DNA of 63,742 nt, filler included, from Octopus bimaculoides (taxonomy: Eukaryota): NCBI RefSeq assembly GCF_001194135.2. It is 6 parts of 6 records of this genome, joined end to end, with 100 filler letters (N's around TTAATTAATTAA, not from the genome) between each part and the next. Parts side by side here need not be neighbours in the genome. Positions count along the whole stretch, not along the records: positions 23,342 to 30,195 come from NC_068991.1; positions 30,296 to 42,534 come from NC_068994.1; 4 more parts are not named here. One strand, written 5' to 3'. Positions 25,823 to 39,057 of the stretch are shown here, piece after piece; the first letter of the stretch is position 1; each line of letters opens with the position of its first letter. The notes under the pieces are model-generated. The model saw nothing but the letters and a program-made list of their open reading frames with translations, did no database searches and was not told where the DNA came from. The translations under genes were made by a program, and so were the position numbers.

Positions 25823-26081
25823 AGGTGGAGGCGCGTGGCTTAGTGGTTAGGGGTGTCAGCACCATGATCGTAAGATTGTGGTTTCGATTCCTGGACCGGG
25901 CGACGTGTTGTGTTCTTGAGCAAAACACTTCATTTCACGTTGCTCCAGTCTACTCAGCTGGCAAAAATGAGTAAGGCTGCGATGGACTGGCGTCCCGTCC
26001 AGCTGCGGAACGCATCCGCCATTGAAACCGGGAAACCGGGTCCATGAGCCTGGCTAGGCTTTAAAAAGGCGCAAGGAAAGG
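25823..26081 (+). mobile_element. Family D SINE: tRNA head, CORE-like box and V-domain-like GCGATGGACTGGCGTCCCGTCCAG
   Basis: 10-bp TSD AATATTCTAT at 25813-25822 and 26082-26091. Confidence 0.85.
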
Positions 26082-26091
26082 AATATTCTAT

Positions 26092-26250
26092 GGCGGTGAG
26101 ATGGCAGAAACATTAGCACGCCGGGTAAAATGCTTAGCGGTATTTCGTCTGCCTTTACGTTCTGAGTTCAAATTCCGACAAAGTCGACTTTACCTTTCAT
26201 CCTTTCGAGGTCGATAAATTAAGTACCAGTTGTGTACTGGAGTCGATCTA
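26092..26250 (+). mobile_element. Family C SINE running into a gap
   Basis: Head GGCGGTGAGATGGCAGAAAC begins immediately after the family D TSD. Confidence 0.85.
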
Positions 26251-26984
26251 NNNNNNNNNNNNNNNNNNNNNNNNNNNNNNNNNNNNNNNNNNNNNNNNNN
26301 NNNNNNNNNNNNNNNNNNNNNNNNNNNNNNNNNNNNNNNNNNNNNNNNNNNNNNNNNNNNNNNNNNNNNNNNNNNNNNNNNNNNNNNNNNNNNNNNNNNN
26401 NNNNNNNNNNNNNNNNNNNNNNNNNNNNNNNNNNNNNNNNNNNNNNNNNNNNNNNNNNNNNNNNNNNNNNNNNNNNNNNNNNNNNNNNNNNNNNNNNNNN
26501 NNNNNNNNNNNNNNNNNNNNNNNNNNNNNNNNNNNNNNNNNNNNNNNNNNNNNNNNNNNNNNNNNNNNNNNNNNNNNNNNNNNNNNNNNNNNNNNNNNNN
26601 NNNNNNNNNNNNNNNNNNNNNNNNNNNNNNNNNNNNNNNNNNNNNNNNNNNNNNNNNNNNNNNNNNNNNNNNNNNNNNNNNNNNNNNNNNNNNNNNNNNN
26701 NNNNNNNNNNNNNNNNNNNNNNNNNNNNNNNNNNNNNNNNNNNNNNNNNNNNNNNNNNNNNNNNNNNNNNNNNNNNNNNNNNNNNNNNNNNNNNNNNNNN
26801 NNNNNNNNNNNNNNNNNNNNNNNNNNNNNNNNNNNNNNNNNNNNNNNNNNNNNNNNNNNNNNNNNNNNNNNNNNNNNNNNNNNNNNNNNNNNNNNNNNNN
26901 NNNNNNNNNNNNNNNNNNNNNNNNNNNNNNNNNNNNNNNNNNNNNNNNNNNNNNNNNNNNNNNNNNNNNNNNNNNNNNNNNNNN

Positions 26985-27257
26985 CTGAAAGTATCTGTCA
27001 TTACAGTATCGAAATGTGATTGTTTCAGTTAGTAGAATAGTTTCATTTTTAAAGTGAAAGTATTTGACATGAGTGTTTTTGTTTCACTTTTGACACGTAA
27101 TACTTAAATAGTGGAGGAGATATTATGTTGCCGTGGGCTCGAACTCTGCAAGAAGTTAAAAATTTCTTTTGACTAAAACACAACTGGAACCCTAAGTAAG
27201 GCATGTGTAAAATTTGAATGAAATTGGTTGCGTAGTTCTCGAGTTTTAGGGATTCAC

Positions 27258-27288
<31 letters not shown>

Positions 27289-27315
27289 CACATTCTCATT
27301 TTTATATATATAGAT
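26985..27315 (-). mobile_element. DINE-1/HINE-like non-autonomous Helentron-type element (5' part)
   Basis: Minus strand starts ATCTATATATATAAAAATGAGAATG, then (TCTG)n, then core AAAACTCGAGAACTACGCAACCAATTTCATTCAAATTTTACACA. A related start occurs at 18533 (plus). Confidence 0.6.
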
Positions 27316-27319
27316 ATTC

Positions 27320-27445
27320 TACTGCCGAAATCGACTTTCCCTTTCACCTTTCTCGGAATCGATAAAATAAGTACTAGTTGAGCATCGGGGGTCGATGTAA
27401 TTGACTTACTCCTCCCCGAAATTGCTGGCCTTGTACCAAGAATTA
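27320..27445 (+). mobile_element. Family C SINE, 5'-truncated
   Basis: Central domain and tail type a. Confidence 0.7.
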
Positions 27446-27935
27446 TTAATAATATTCTGTTGATAAGAGTGAGCGAGAACACCACTAAACGATTGTTCGT
27501 TTAGATAGATCTAACAGGCAGATCTCTTCGCAAACTAATCCGTTCTGACGTAAAAATGAGCAAACCATATTAAATTCTAAAAGTAATTTGGTTGAAAAGG
27601 AACTGCATTATGTTCATATAATGTACCTAGTTCTAATAATAATCTTGCTGCACATTATACAAAGTCAAAAAAACAAAACAAACTAAAAGTAACTTACAAA
27701 AAAAAAACCCCAAAAAACAAAAACAGAAACTAAAACGAAACAGCGCTAAGAATAGGGTATAAAAAAAGCAAGCCTATGCATAAGCTAAGGTCAAGTTAGT
27801 CATTGTTCATCGTTTAAACATCGTAAAAGAAAAATATGAGCATAAGAGCGATATAAGATATTCTGAATATAAATAACGTCATCAAATGTGTAATTTAAAT
27901 TTTGATCCCACTACATGTGTGCGCACACACACACG

Positions 27936-27990
<55 letters not shown>

Positions 27991-28344
27991 TCAGAGACAC
28001 ACACACACATACACACGCACACATATCTAAAAGACTAGCATGCTCTCAAATCCTTAACTCGTTAGTGCAAAGCAAATCACAATGAAGGCTTTATGACACA
28101 TACTAGTTTGGCGACGCAGTACATAGGAACTACAAACAATACTTGAACACAGAGAACGACATACTGGATATATAAACATTCAACAAATAAATAAAAAGTT
28201 AAAAAAAGAAGAAGGAAACTAAAGAAATAAGCAATACAGAACATTAATACGATAAACATATGTAAAGAACCGTTCCGCCAGAATATATAACTAACTACAT
28301 CATGATATAATCGGAACATTATTATTGAAGGGAAACCTAAGTCA

Positions 28345-28556
28345 GTGAGCTGGAAGAATCGTTACCGTTCTGGAAAAAATGTTTAGCGGTGTTTCACCAT
28401 CTTTACATTCTGAGTTCCAATGCCGCCGAGGTCGACCTTGCCTTTCACCCTTTCGGGTTCGAGAAAATAAGTAACAGTTGAGCACTGGGGTCGATGTAAT
28501 CGACTTAACCTCTACTCCGAAATTGCTGGCCTTCTGCCAAAATTTGAAGCCATTAT
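28345..28556 (+). mobile_element. Family C SINE
   Basis: Head, central domain and tail type a. Confidence 0.8.
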
Positions 28557-29261
28557 TAAAGGGAGACTTCAGTACATACAACATGTAGCGATTTAAAGAG
28601 TATTACATTGAAACTCCATTTGCATCTTAAACAGTATCTATCTATCTATCTGTCTTTCTTTCTCTCTCTCTCACTCCCCATATATNNNNNNNNNNNNNNN
28701 NNNNNNNNNNNNNNNNNNNNNNNNNNNNNNNNNNNNNNNNNNNNNNNNNNNNNNNNNNNNNNNNNNNNNNNNNNNNNNNNNNNNNNNNNNNNNNNNNNNN
28801 NNNNNNNNNNNNNNNNNNNNNNNNNNNNNNNNNNNNNNNNNNNNNNNNNNNNNNNNNNNNNNNNNNNNNNNNNNNNNNNNNNNNNNNNNNNNNNNNNNNN
28901 NNNNNNNNNNNNNNNNNNNNNNNNNNNNNNNNNNNNNNNNNNNNNNNNNNNNNNNNNNNNNNNNNNNNNNNNNNNNNNNNNNNNNNNNNNNNNNNNNNNN
29001 NNNNNNNNNNNNNNNNNNNNNNNNNNNNNNNNNNNNNNNNNNNNNNNNNNNNNNNNNNNNNNNNNNNNNNNNNNNNNNNNNNNNNNNNNNNNNNNNNNNN
29101 NNNNNNNNNNNNNNNNNNNNNNNNNNNNNNNNNNNNNNNNNNNNNNNNNNNNNNNNNNNNNNNNNNNNNNNNNNNNNNNNNNNNNNNNNNNNNNNNNNNN
29201 NNNNNNNNNNNNNNNNNNNNNNNNNNNNNNNNNNNNNNNNNNNNNNNNNNNNNNNNNNNNN

Positions 29262-29297
<36 letters not shown>

Positions 29298-29388
29298 GAG
29301 AAACGACCGTGCGAACCAAAGGAGAAATGGTGACAAATGGAACAGGCTCCTTTTAACGCGTCGCACGGTCGACACAAAATATGATATA

Positions 29389-30195
29389 TGTTATAATACT
29401 ATAACATAGTCAACTAGGAAATGCCAGTAAGGTAAAGATAGAGGTGACTCAACCGGTAAAGATGTTTAACAGTAAGGTTTATTGGTTGTCAACTATAATG
29501 TCTGTGTGAGTGTGAATGCGACATAATAAAACACAATATAAGACAGGCCGTCATGTAAACAAAGAGTGTATATACAAATATATGTATGTGAATGCAAGAG
29601 ATACAGAGGATAGAAAAGAGTCTGTAACACGGATAAGAAATACCAATTCTCAGTTAAGGTACACAGTAGATTGAAAGTCTGTATATAAAAGGTTGAGGCA
29701 TTGAGGCGTTGTCGTGTAGTTGAGGCTTCTATGCCGGGCCGGGCTACTTGATACAGATGGTTTCTCGCAGGTGTCGAATTCTGGCTGTTATTTCGTGGTA
29801 AAACAATTCACACAAACAGGGTTGAGAGAAGCTGCGGTTGCTGTTGGTTGGCTTGTGTACGTAGAGACGTTGGCGACGAAGCTTGTAGTAAACAGTTGAA
29901 CGATGATGTTGATGTCGTCGCTGGAAACTGGCTGATTAGTGTTTTGTGTGGTCAACGACCAGACCTCAAAAGTCCTGAAGCCGCGACGAAGTGGCGCGGA
30001 TAAAGCAGGCTATTTATAGGTACAGAGAGGCTCCAGAAAGATCAGAAAAACACTCTCTCACGTGACCTTATTAGATGGCCACGATTGGTCGGTATGCACC
30101 CTGGTGCGAAACAGAACTGGAGACAAATGCCGCGCAAATAATAGTCAGTCAGAGTGATGGACAGCAGGGTCCAAGGCGGGAAAGAGATAGTATAT
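29389..30195 (-). mobile_element. Probable (solo) LTR; other end lost in a gap
   Basis: TG boundary at 29389. On the minus strand, CTATAAATAG (30019-30010) lies upstream of AATAAA (29483-29478). Higher GC and CpG than the flanks; no ORF. Confidence 0.4.
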
Positions 30196-30295
30196 NNNNN
30201 NNNNNNNNNNNNNNNNNNNNNNNNNNNNNNNNNNNNNNNTTAATTAATTAANNNNNNNNNNNNNNNNNNNNNNNNNNNNNNNNNNNNNNNNNNNN

Positions 30296-30328
<33 letters not shown>

Positions 30329-30481
30329 TAAACAAACAAAAGAAAACTATTATTTAAAACAGTTTGATTGCCCTCTTGCAACTTAAAAGGTACCAGCATC
30401 AAGCCTATGGAACCTTAAGTTGCACAGGGCCATATTGAACTGTTCTAAATGCTCATAAAACATATGTTAAATGCATTTAAA

Positions 30482-30700
30482 GTATTGGTTACAAATTTTG
30501 GCACAAGGCCAGCAATTTTGAGGGAGTGGTTTAATCAATTACATCGACCCCATTGCCCAGCTGGTTATTTTATCAACTCAGAAAGAGTGAAAGGCAAAGT
30601 TGACCTTGACCTTGGCAGAATTTGAACTCAAAATTTAAGGATGGACGAAATGCTGCTAAGCATATTGCCTGGTATGCTAATGATTATGCCAGTTAGCCAC
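30482..30700 (-). mobile_element. Family C SINE (diverged)
   Basis: Head, central domain and tail type a. Confidence 0.75.
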
Positions 30701-31123
30701 CTTTTTTTAAAATTGGCCAGCAAGCTGCTACCAGCAGGGGGAACCCTGTACCTCTCCATTTCTGGCTGTGTGCTCTGTATCATGAAGCTAAACAACTCCT
30801 GACAAATGCATTTAAAATATCAAGATTTGGTTTTGTCTTTATCCTGTATTATACAACTTACTTCTTTAACAATATAGTCTGTCCTTGCTTTGCTAATATT
30901 TATTTCTTAATTTCCCACAGGGAGCTAAACTGTTTATATACTGAACAAATGCAGCAGTTACTCTATGAAGGGGTCCCTAATTTGCATACCAAAAGTGTTT
31001 AACGCTCTATAAATACCAGTGGCCTGTCAACGGGTATCAGTCCACACAGTATCAAGGCATGATATAATATATATATAACATATGGTATGATTATAAACAG
31101 GGCAATATATATATATATATAGG

Positions 31124-32420
31124 TATAGGCATAGGCATGGCTGTGTGGTTAAGAAGCTTAATTCCCAGTTACATGGTTCAGGATTCAGTCCCACTTCATG
31201 GCACCTTAGGAAAGTATCTTTTACTATAGCCTTGGGCTAACCAAAGCCTTGTGAATGGATTTGGTAGGCAGAAACTGAAAGAAGCCTGTCATATATACAT
31301 ATATTGGGTCATCCCATAAATAATGTGGGTTTTTTTCAATTGCATGAACTAAAAGTCAGAAGGGAATGGGATAAACTACCTGAATCAACTTTTTATAAAA
31401 GCAGGTGGTAGTTTTACCTTATACTTATTCTTAGTGCAAGTTTTGAAGAGTGCAGTTCGATTTTAACAGTTATTTTTCAAAGCTATAATGAAAGTGACAA
31501 AGAAGCATATTCAGCATATTTTGCTTTATGAGATCAATAAAGGCAACAATGCAGAGGAAAGTGTGAGAATATTAATGTAGTATATGGAGGTTGGACAATA
31601 AGTGTAAGCCAGTATTAACAGTGGTTCCAGAAATTCTGAGCTGGAAACTATAGGCTAGATAACGAGCCTCGTCCTAGAAGATCTGTAGAGCTTGACAAAG
31701 ACGTCCTGCCAACCCTGGTGGAAGAAAATCCCATCGTAAATGTTGAGAAACTAGCAGAGAATCTTGGATTTGGTCATTCAACCTTTCATCGACACCTGCG
31801 CTAGAAGAAAAACAACCATCTTTGGTTTCAAGATGAAAGGTGTTCTTCCATCAGGATAATGCTCAGCCACATACAGCAAGAATGACATTCCAAAGGCTGG
31901 AGCAGTTTGACTGGGAAACGATACCCCACACACCATATTCGCCAGACATTACCCCACCTGATTATCATTTATTTTGCAGTCTTAAAAAAATTTTGGCCAG
32001 GAAAAATATGAATTCTGTAGATGAGGTCAGAATAGTACTGGAGGAATATTTTCCATCACGGACAAGTGAATTTGGATGAGGGGCCTTGCAAGTCTACCAG
32101 ATAGCTGAAAGAGCATTGTAGAAAATGAAGGAGAGTATATTTTAGATTAAAAAAAAAAGAAAAATTTGTTTATCTTAATTTTGAAAATAAAAGAAATATG
32201 AAAAACTGCATTATGGGATGACACAATATATATATCTATATGTGTGTATCTTTGTGTTCATGTTTGTCCCCCACCATCGCTTGATAACTGGTGTTGGTAT
32301 GTTTGCATCACCATTACTTGGTAGTTCGTCAAAAGAGCCCAATAGAATAAGTACCAGGCTTAACAAAAAGTAAATACTGGGATCAATTCATTTGGCTAAA
32401 TATTTAAGCTGGTGCATGTC
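31124..32420 (+). mobile_element. Family B SINE split by a mariner insertion in its internal (TA)n
   Basis: Head and CORE at 31124-31300; 3' half at 32229-32420. Confidence 0.8.
31304..32226 (+). mobile_element. Internally deleted, decayed mariner (DD34D-type) DNA transposon
   Basis: TIRs TTGGGTCATCCCATAA / TTATGGGATGACACAA with TA TSDs at 31302 and 32227. Transposase motifs HQDNAQPHTA and HTPYSPDITPPDYHLFCSL; N-terminus MKVTKKHIQHILLYE. Confidence 0.92.
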
Positions 32421-34646
32421 TTACTTGTTAATTGTTAGGGTGTTGTACTCATAAGTGTAAGATTGGGATCTCATTTCCTGGATGATGCAGTGCATTGTGT
32501 TCTTGAGCAAAACACTTCATTTTCCATTACTCAAGTTAACTCAACAGGCAAATACAAGTAATCCTTTTATGGAGCAGCATCCCATCCAAGGGAAGAATAT
32601 ATATATGCCACAGAATCTGGGAAATTGGCATTATGAGTCTATGGCTCAAGAAAGACCTTTGATCTTTTTGATAAGAGGAACAGTTAACAAAATATTTTGG
32701 AAGAAGATAATAGTTCAATAAATTCAGTTAATGAGTAGCAGACTTTCAGAAACTAATATCTCCTAATTAACCAAAATTAGAAAAGACAAAAGAAATGAAC
32801 AAATATCATGTTTCTGAAACAATTTAAACTCTAACGAAGCAGGATTTGACTTTCTATACAAATTCATTAATTAAATAGTAATATCAAAAACTATTCAAAT
32901 CTTCATGAACAAAATGTTCTTCACCAAAAATACAGTAACCTTCATTTCAAAACAGGAATTTGTGTGGAAGAGAAATATACTTCTCATTGGTTTAGGGAAA
33001 AGTAATACTCCATATTAAACACTATGTGAAAATGGGTATTAAATTCAATCAAAATCTAATTTGATCTTTTTTGCTATCATTAATGTTTCTAGTTTGCGAT
33101 AGTTTTACAGCAATTTGCTTACAGGGAATTTCCCTGAAGGTATATATTTTCACAGAGGTGTAATTTGTCTTTTAGACATTCATCATGTTATATTTAAGCT
33201 TCCTTTTTATGCCTACCTGTCAAGATGTTGGTGAGTTACATATGTTTTTGTGCTATCTAATAAGAAATGTTACCCATGACTTTTCTTCTTTATTGAAACT
33301 ATTGTAAGATAAGAACATGTCTTACTGCAAACATTGTCTCATTTTTATTTTTGACAGCTTCTTGATGAAGTATTCATTTTATCACAGCATACAATCATAC
33401 ACTAGATTCTAAATTTGGAACTCTCTTTACATGCTGAAATACAGCTTTAGCTAACAGATGACATTCTTGAAAATTCTGTGAACAAATTCTTTCAGAGTTA
33501 TTCCAAAAATATGTTTTTAATTAAGCTATATTGAATCAGCAACAACAAAAGGTAAAAAAGCAAGAAAGAAACATTATACAAAGCATTTAAAAGAAAACAG
33601 AAAGGAAAATTAAAGAATTGATAAAACAACAACTCAGAAATATATAGCTAAACAGGAAATATTTCTTTTAACATCAATATATTTAACACAAATGAAAATT
33701 TACATTGTTCATGGTCGGCAATAAAAAAATTGGGTAGGAACATGCTCAAGTTCAAACACAAATAAACAATGGCTGACAATATCAGGCATTGGAAGTAAAA
33801 AATATATAATATTTCAAAATGAAATGAAGAGAGATGTATTACTGATAATGTATCAAAATAAATCACGAAATAAAGGAATTTTTTCATAAAATGGTTAGGA
33901 TTTAGATGTTTATTTTGAGAAATAAAGGATGAAATCAGTGTCGTAAAAAGTGACAAAGAGAATTGTCACCATAAATTATATAAAAAAAAGGAAAACAGAA
34001 GCATAATAAATATGAATCTTGTTGTTAAGGTAAAAACTTAGAAATATTTTCCAATGATTTTGTTTTGTTTTTTGTTGCAGCAAGTTGAGATAAATTCCTC
34101 TATCACAACCATGCATTACTTCATACACAAGTTATAAGTTTGTCAAAGTAGCTTGAATTGTTCATCCAATGAGTCGTGGACACAGAGATCTAGATCTTAA
34201 ATGATCAGTATATTATTTGCATAATGGTTCCTTTTTGAAATTAACATGATATAGTTCTTTGGATTTCAAAAATTCTTTTTACATTTTTTCTTTTTAAATA
34301 CCCCACCCCCCAATACACAAACCACCACCAAATACATTTTATGTTCTTTTTCTTTTTTTTTTCCTTCCTTTCTGTTTGCTATATTTAGCAAAGCCATTTT
34401 AGAAACAGAAATTTCATATGTATGTTTAATTCATGAGACATTACAAGTTGTGTTATGATATTTCCAAACTACTTTATCATGTAATCTGTGAGAAATTCAA
34501 CAACTCAGTAGTTTATGTATGAATGTATAATTTTGTAAATACATACTTGCCATCAAGTAGTGTTTAATATTTCATAAAACATCTGCTGTCACTGAAGTTT
34601 TTGCTTAATTTCCATGCCTTTGCGTAAAATGTAACTTCACCATACT

Positions 34647-34918
34647 CTATGCATATGATAATTTGGCTACTGATGGAAATGGCTTGGCATAAGATGTGAA
34701 ACTGTTTTTTTCTGGTAAATTCCAACATTCTGAAGATGTATTCTGATTGTCGCTGTTTACAGAATTCTTTTTTAAATTATTAGTTTCATTTTTGTGGTCA
34801 ACTTTTGTTTGATAAAAACATCTGGAAGAGGGTTTGATATCTACAGGTTTAGTTAGTACTTGTACTGGCCTGTTTTTGTCTGTGTTCTGAAGTTGTTTAT
34901 GTTTGCTAGAGTGGACAT
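34647..34918 (-). CDS. Terminal coding exon of an unidentified minus-strand gene
   Basis: Strong acceptor ttttcttttcctctttacag; phase 1 matches the 38032 donor (G|AT = Asp); 89 open codons to TAG at 34649-34647. Confidence 0.7.
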
Positions 34919-36739
34919 CTGTAAAGAGGAAAGAAAACATATAAAATAAGAAAATATCATTTACATCCATTAAACCAAGGTTATTTTTAAGATTGTAGTT
35001 TTTTGGACCATTAATCATACCTTTAGAGATTTACAATATTTAGACCTATACTCACAGATATACACTCCATTCATAGACTCCTTCTACTGTTCACAGCCTC
35101 CATACCTACAAGTATATTGTCTCCTTTTTCTGTTTTTTTCTGTAGTTATTATAATGGCCTCTGTTCCTCAAAGCTGGTCTGTCACATGTTTCCTCTTCCT
35201 CCACTTAGGTACTCCTGAGCCACTCATCTCTCTACTTCTCACCCCACTTGTGTTTACCCACAAGCTCCCAATTAACCACTATGCTCAGTCCTTCCTCCTA
35301 ATATTATCATTTGTCTGAAATTTCTTGCCATCCTCCCCGGTATTGACTTGTAACAGTTTAAACTGAACCTTAACAACATCAGGCTCACCAGTTGTGCAAT
35401 TAGTGAGCTCCTTGAGACAACCCTTGAAATTAGTACCCACCCATCCAGATACTTTTATAGAAGCAACACTTTTGGGCAGCCCAAAAGTACCATCTCTATA
35501 AAAGTATCCCCTGGGCTGGACCATCCTCCTCACACTCCCCCTGCATGCTGTGTTACTTTGCTGCCCTTCCATACTTAACAATTAAAAGGTAAAATAAAAT
35601 ATGCCACATTTAAATTTGTTCAATTTCTGATTGTCATCAACGATTTTATTCCTAGATGAAATTAATTGACATAAATTGCTCAAGTTTTATGTCTTTGTCT
35701 CATAAAGAGAAACTTTTTGGCCAGATAAATTTGAAGACTTCCTTTTTACTCAATTTCTAGCTGGTTTTGTTAAATTTTATTTTTTTCAATCCCTGGTAGG
35801 TCAATAGATGCATTACTCATTATATTTACATAGTTTTAGATTCAATTAAAAATATTCCAGAAAACTATAATCATAGCAACACCAACTCACCTAAGATATT
35901 TAGACACTAGAGGTTAAATTTATAGAAAATAACAAAACAACATGTTGATAACATTGTTGACTTAAAGTCAGCTTACCATTCCCAATCCACTGGTTGATTT
36001 TTAAAAATTTTAGCTATAGTGAAATATATGATTATGTCCAGTAACTGAAAATACAGCTGCGCTGTGAAATATTTAACTGTTGGGGGTAGTAAACACAATT
36101 TCATTCCTATAAAACAACATTGAACTGTGTAATTTCTAACTGCAGGAGATAATTACACTATATTTCATATATCTGTATATTTTTACATTGATTTTTCTTG
36201 ACATAATAAAGATAATTTTTTTAATTCCAAAATTGGAGGCTTGTAATTAATTCAATCTCAGGATATAAGTGTTGTATATTTTGTACAAGTTTATAATGTC
36301 AGAAAGCAAAGAAAACCTTGTATTTGAAACCAAACAATAAGGCACTTAACTAAACAAATTTAAATGATTTTTCTGTTGCAATCATTTTCTTGTCTTCCAA
36401 TAAATACTTATATTAAAATTTAATCTCTTTTAATGAACTGACTTCGTTCATTTCAACAATAATTTAATGTTTCATAACATGGCTCACCTAAGTCAGACGT
36501 AAACATTTCTTATTTTCATTTGGTTTTGTTTTCCATTTCTTTTTTTCTTTTTACTAATAATCATCTTTTCTTAGTCAACAAAGAGAATGTTTTAGAAAGT
36601 TTATTTGATTTTAAGATAGCCTATTTTTTTAGCATAAGCATAGCTAATGACTTCACACCTATACTGCATCTTATCACTTCTTGAACCATTTAATAACTAT
36701 TCATTCGTTTAATGTCTGACATTTTTACACTAGCATGGT

Positions 36740-36960
36740 TAAGACAGGGCAGATATTGAAGTTGCATTTTTATGGCCAGATGCTCTTTTTGTTGCCAACT
36801 CTTCTCTGTTTCCAAATAAGGGATTCTTTCTTCCATCAAAATTTGAAAACACAGAGCAGTTGTGGTTTGTTCACAAAAAATGTCAACAAAAGTCTTTGCT
36901 GCAACCTGGCCACAATGTCACTGCTTGCAGCTGAGCTGCAAACAGTGATGAGATCACCAT
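36740..36960 (-). mobile_element. Old SINE relic with Deu/Nin-domain-like motif
   Basis: Minus strand GTTGGCAACAAAAAGAGCATCTGGCCATAAAAA resembles GGCAACAGGAAGGGCATCCGGCCGTAAAA. Confidence 0.45.
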
Positions 36961-38031
36961 ATGTGACCAAAGCTCAGAATAGATAGTAAGCATTTACACA
37001 CACACACATCTACAAAATATTTATTGTCTTTAATTGGATTAAATTTCTTATGACCCTGCTTTACTTGTTTTTAGAAAACGCTATGGCCTTTGGTCAATTC
37101 TGACACATTTGTTAAATACTGAAATTTTGTAGGAAATTTTGTGTCAAATTAACTCCAATATAGTTATATATGATTTATTTTGTCAAACTTTTAAGGAAGA
37201 GGACACTAAATTAATCGAACATTTTTAGGGATAAAAATGTATAATCAATCCCAACTGAACCCAGAAGTAAGTAATACCAAATTAGCTTAAACAATACAGC
37301 ATATAACTGTATCAAATTTCAGTTCCACTGTTCTTATAACCATTATCTTCATCTCATAGATATCCTTCCTTTATCTAATCTAGTTTTTGCATTCCTTTAG
37401 AAATGTTCGGTCCTCTCTGTTCCAAGTACTTAGCTACTGTCCTCTTTGTGTAACATATGATATCTTTCCTATGTTACAGAATTTTCAAGAATAAAAACAC
37501 ATAATAAGAAAAAGTAAACAAAGTAATGAAATTATTGAGAATGTTGGGGGAAAAAAATGATGAAATAAAATACAATTTTTGAATTATTGCAAAAGGAAAA
37601 AAAATCATAAATCAATAAATCATAAAGGTTAATGTCATTATTATCCTTTAAAAAAAATCTGAATAGTAGAAAGCAACAATGAAGTAGCTGGAACAATAAC
37701 TGAACTCTGATATTCAAGTGCTTGGGTGAATTTTGCTTTTAAAATAGTTGGTTCCCATTAAAAAAGATACTACCATGCTGTTTAGTTTGATTCAGGAACT
37801 ACAAAGCTGAACACTAAGGTCTTACTAATGTTTACACTTGTCAAATATTATTGAAGAGATAGATGTATTATTTGGTATATTTGCTGCATACTTGCAATAA
37901 GTGATAATTTTTTCCATCATGAAAAAAATACCACTTGTTTTTTTTTCAGTTTATTAAATTGATGTTTAGAAAACAGAAAATTTAAATCCTATTGCACTTC
38001 TATCATTTTTAAGTTTCTTCTCTGTACATAC

Positions 38032-38194
38032 CTGGTAATTCTTCATAGAGTCCAGCATCTGCATCGCTCCAGTTCTGCCCATTATCAGCAGGAGGTGATT
38101 TTGTGGAAAGCTCATTGGAGCGGCCAAGGGATATAACTGTACACAGTTTATCAATTCTGCCATCAGATGTCATGGGTGTTTCTTTAATACACAT
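38032..38194 (-). CDS. Internal coding exon (MCIKETPMTSDGRIDKLC...DAGLYEELP)
   Basis: Acceptor tcttctgctgtacacag, donor CAG|gtatgt; 163 bp, phase 0 to phase 1, open frame. Confidence 0.72.
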
Positions 38195-38289
38195 CTGTGT
38201 ACAGCAGAAGATAATCGTAAAAATCAAACTAAGTATTATTTAAATATGCGATTTGCTTTTATATTACTATATATGTTTATCTATTATTA

Positions 38290-38332
38290 TTATTATATAT
38301 ATATATAGATAGGTAGATAGATAAATATATAG

Positions 38333-38393
<61 letters not shown>

Positions 38394-38435
38394 TACAGAT
38401 TTATGTGTGTGTGTATATATATGTATATATATATG

Positions 38436-38468
<33 letters not shown>

Positions 38469-38860
38469 GTATATATATACATATATGTATATATATGATG
38501 TAGATTTAAAATATGCCAATATATATCGACTCTATTAAATGCTTGATCATAATCATCTTCCTTTGAATAATTAAATACATTATATAATATGCATATGCAC
38601 ATATGCATCCTTTGTTTGTCTATTGTTAATTTTTTTTACTGCATTCGGCTTTTGGACTGCAGTTATGGGGAGTCAAAACCTTGTAGGGTTTTAGCCAATT
38701 ACATTGTCCTCCTCCCACTAGTATCTATTTGAGTTCATGACTTATTTTATCCATCTCTATAAGTCAGACTATTATGTAACTTAACATAAAGGGATGGAAC
38801 TTAAAAAACATGAAATTCTATAAATTACTGCAAACATAAGCATAGACACAAACACAGGGT

Positions 38861-38906
<46 letters not shown>

Positions 38907-38916
38907 CATACTATAC

Positions 38917-38947
<31 letters not shown>

Positions 38948-39026
38948 CATATATATATACATATATATATACATATATATATACACACATATATATATAT
39001 ATACATATATATATACATATATATAT

Positions 39027-39057
<31 letters not shown>
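38290..39057. repeat. (TA)n/(TACA)n microsatellite complexes
   Basis: Visible at 38290-38500 and 38860-39057. Confidence 0.9.

Noticed and set aside
30752-30798. Possible 47-bp minus-strand exon (ELFSFMIQSTQPEME)
   Set aside because: Splice sites are weak and no partner exons were found.
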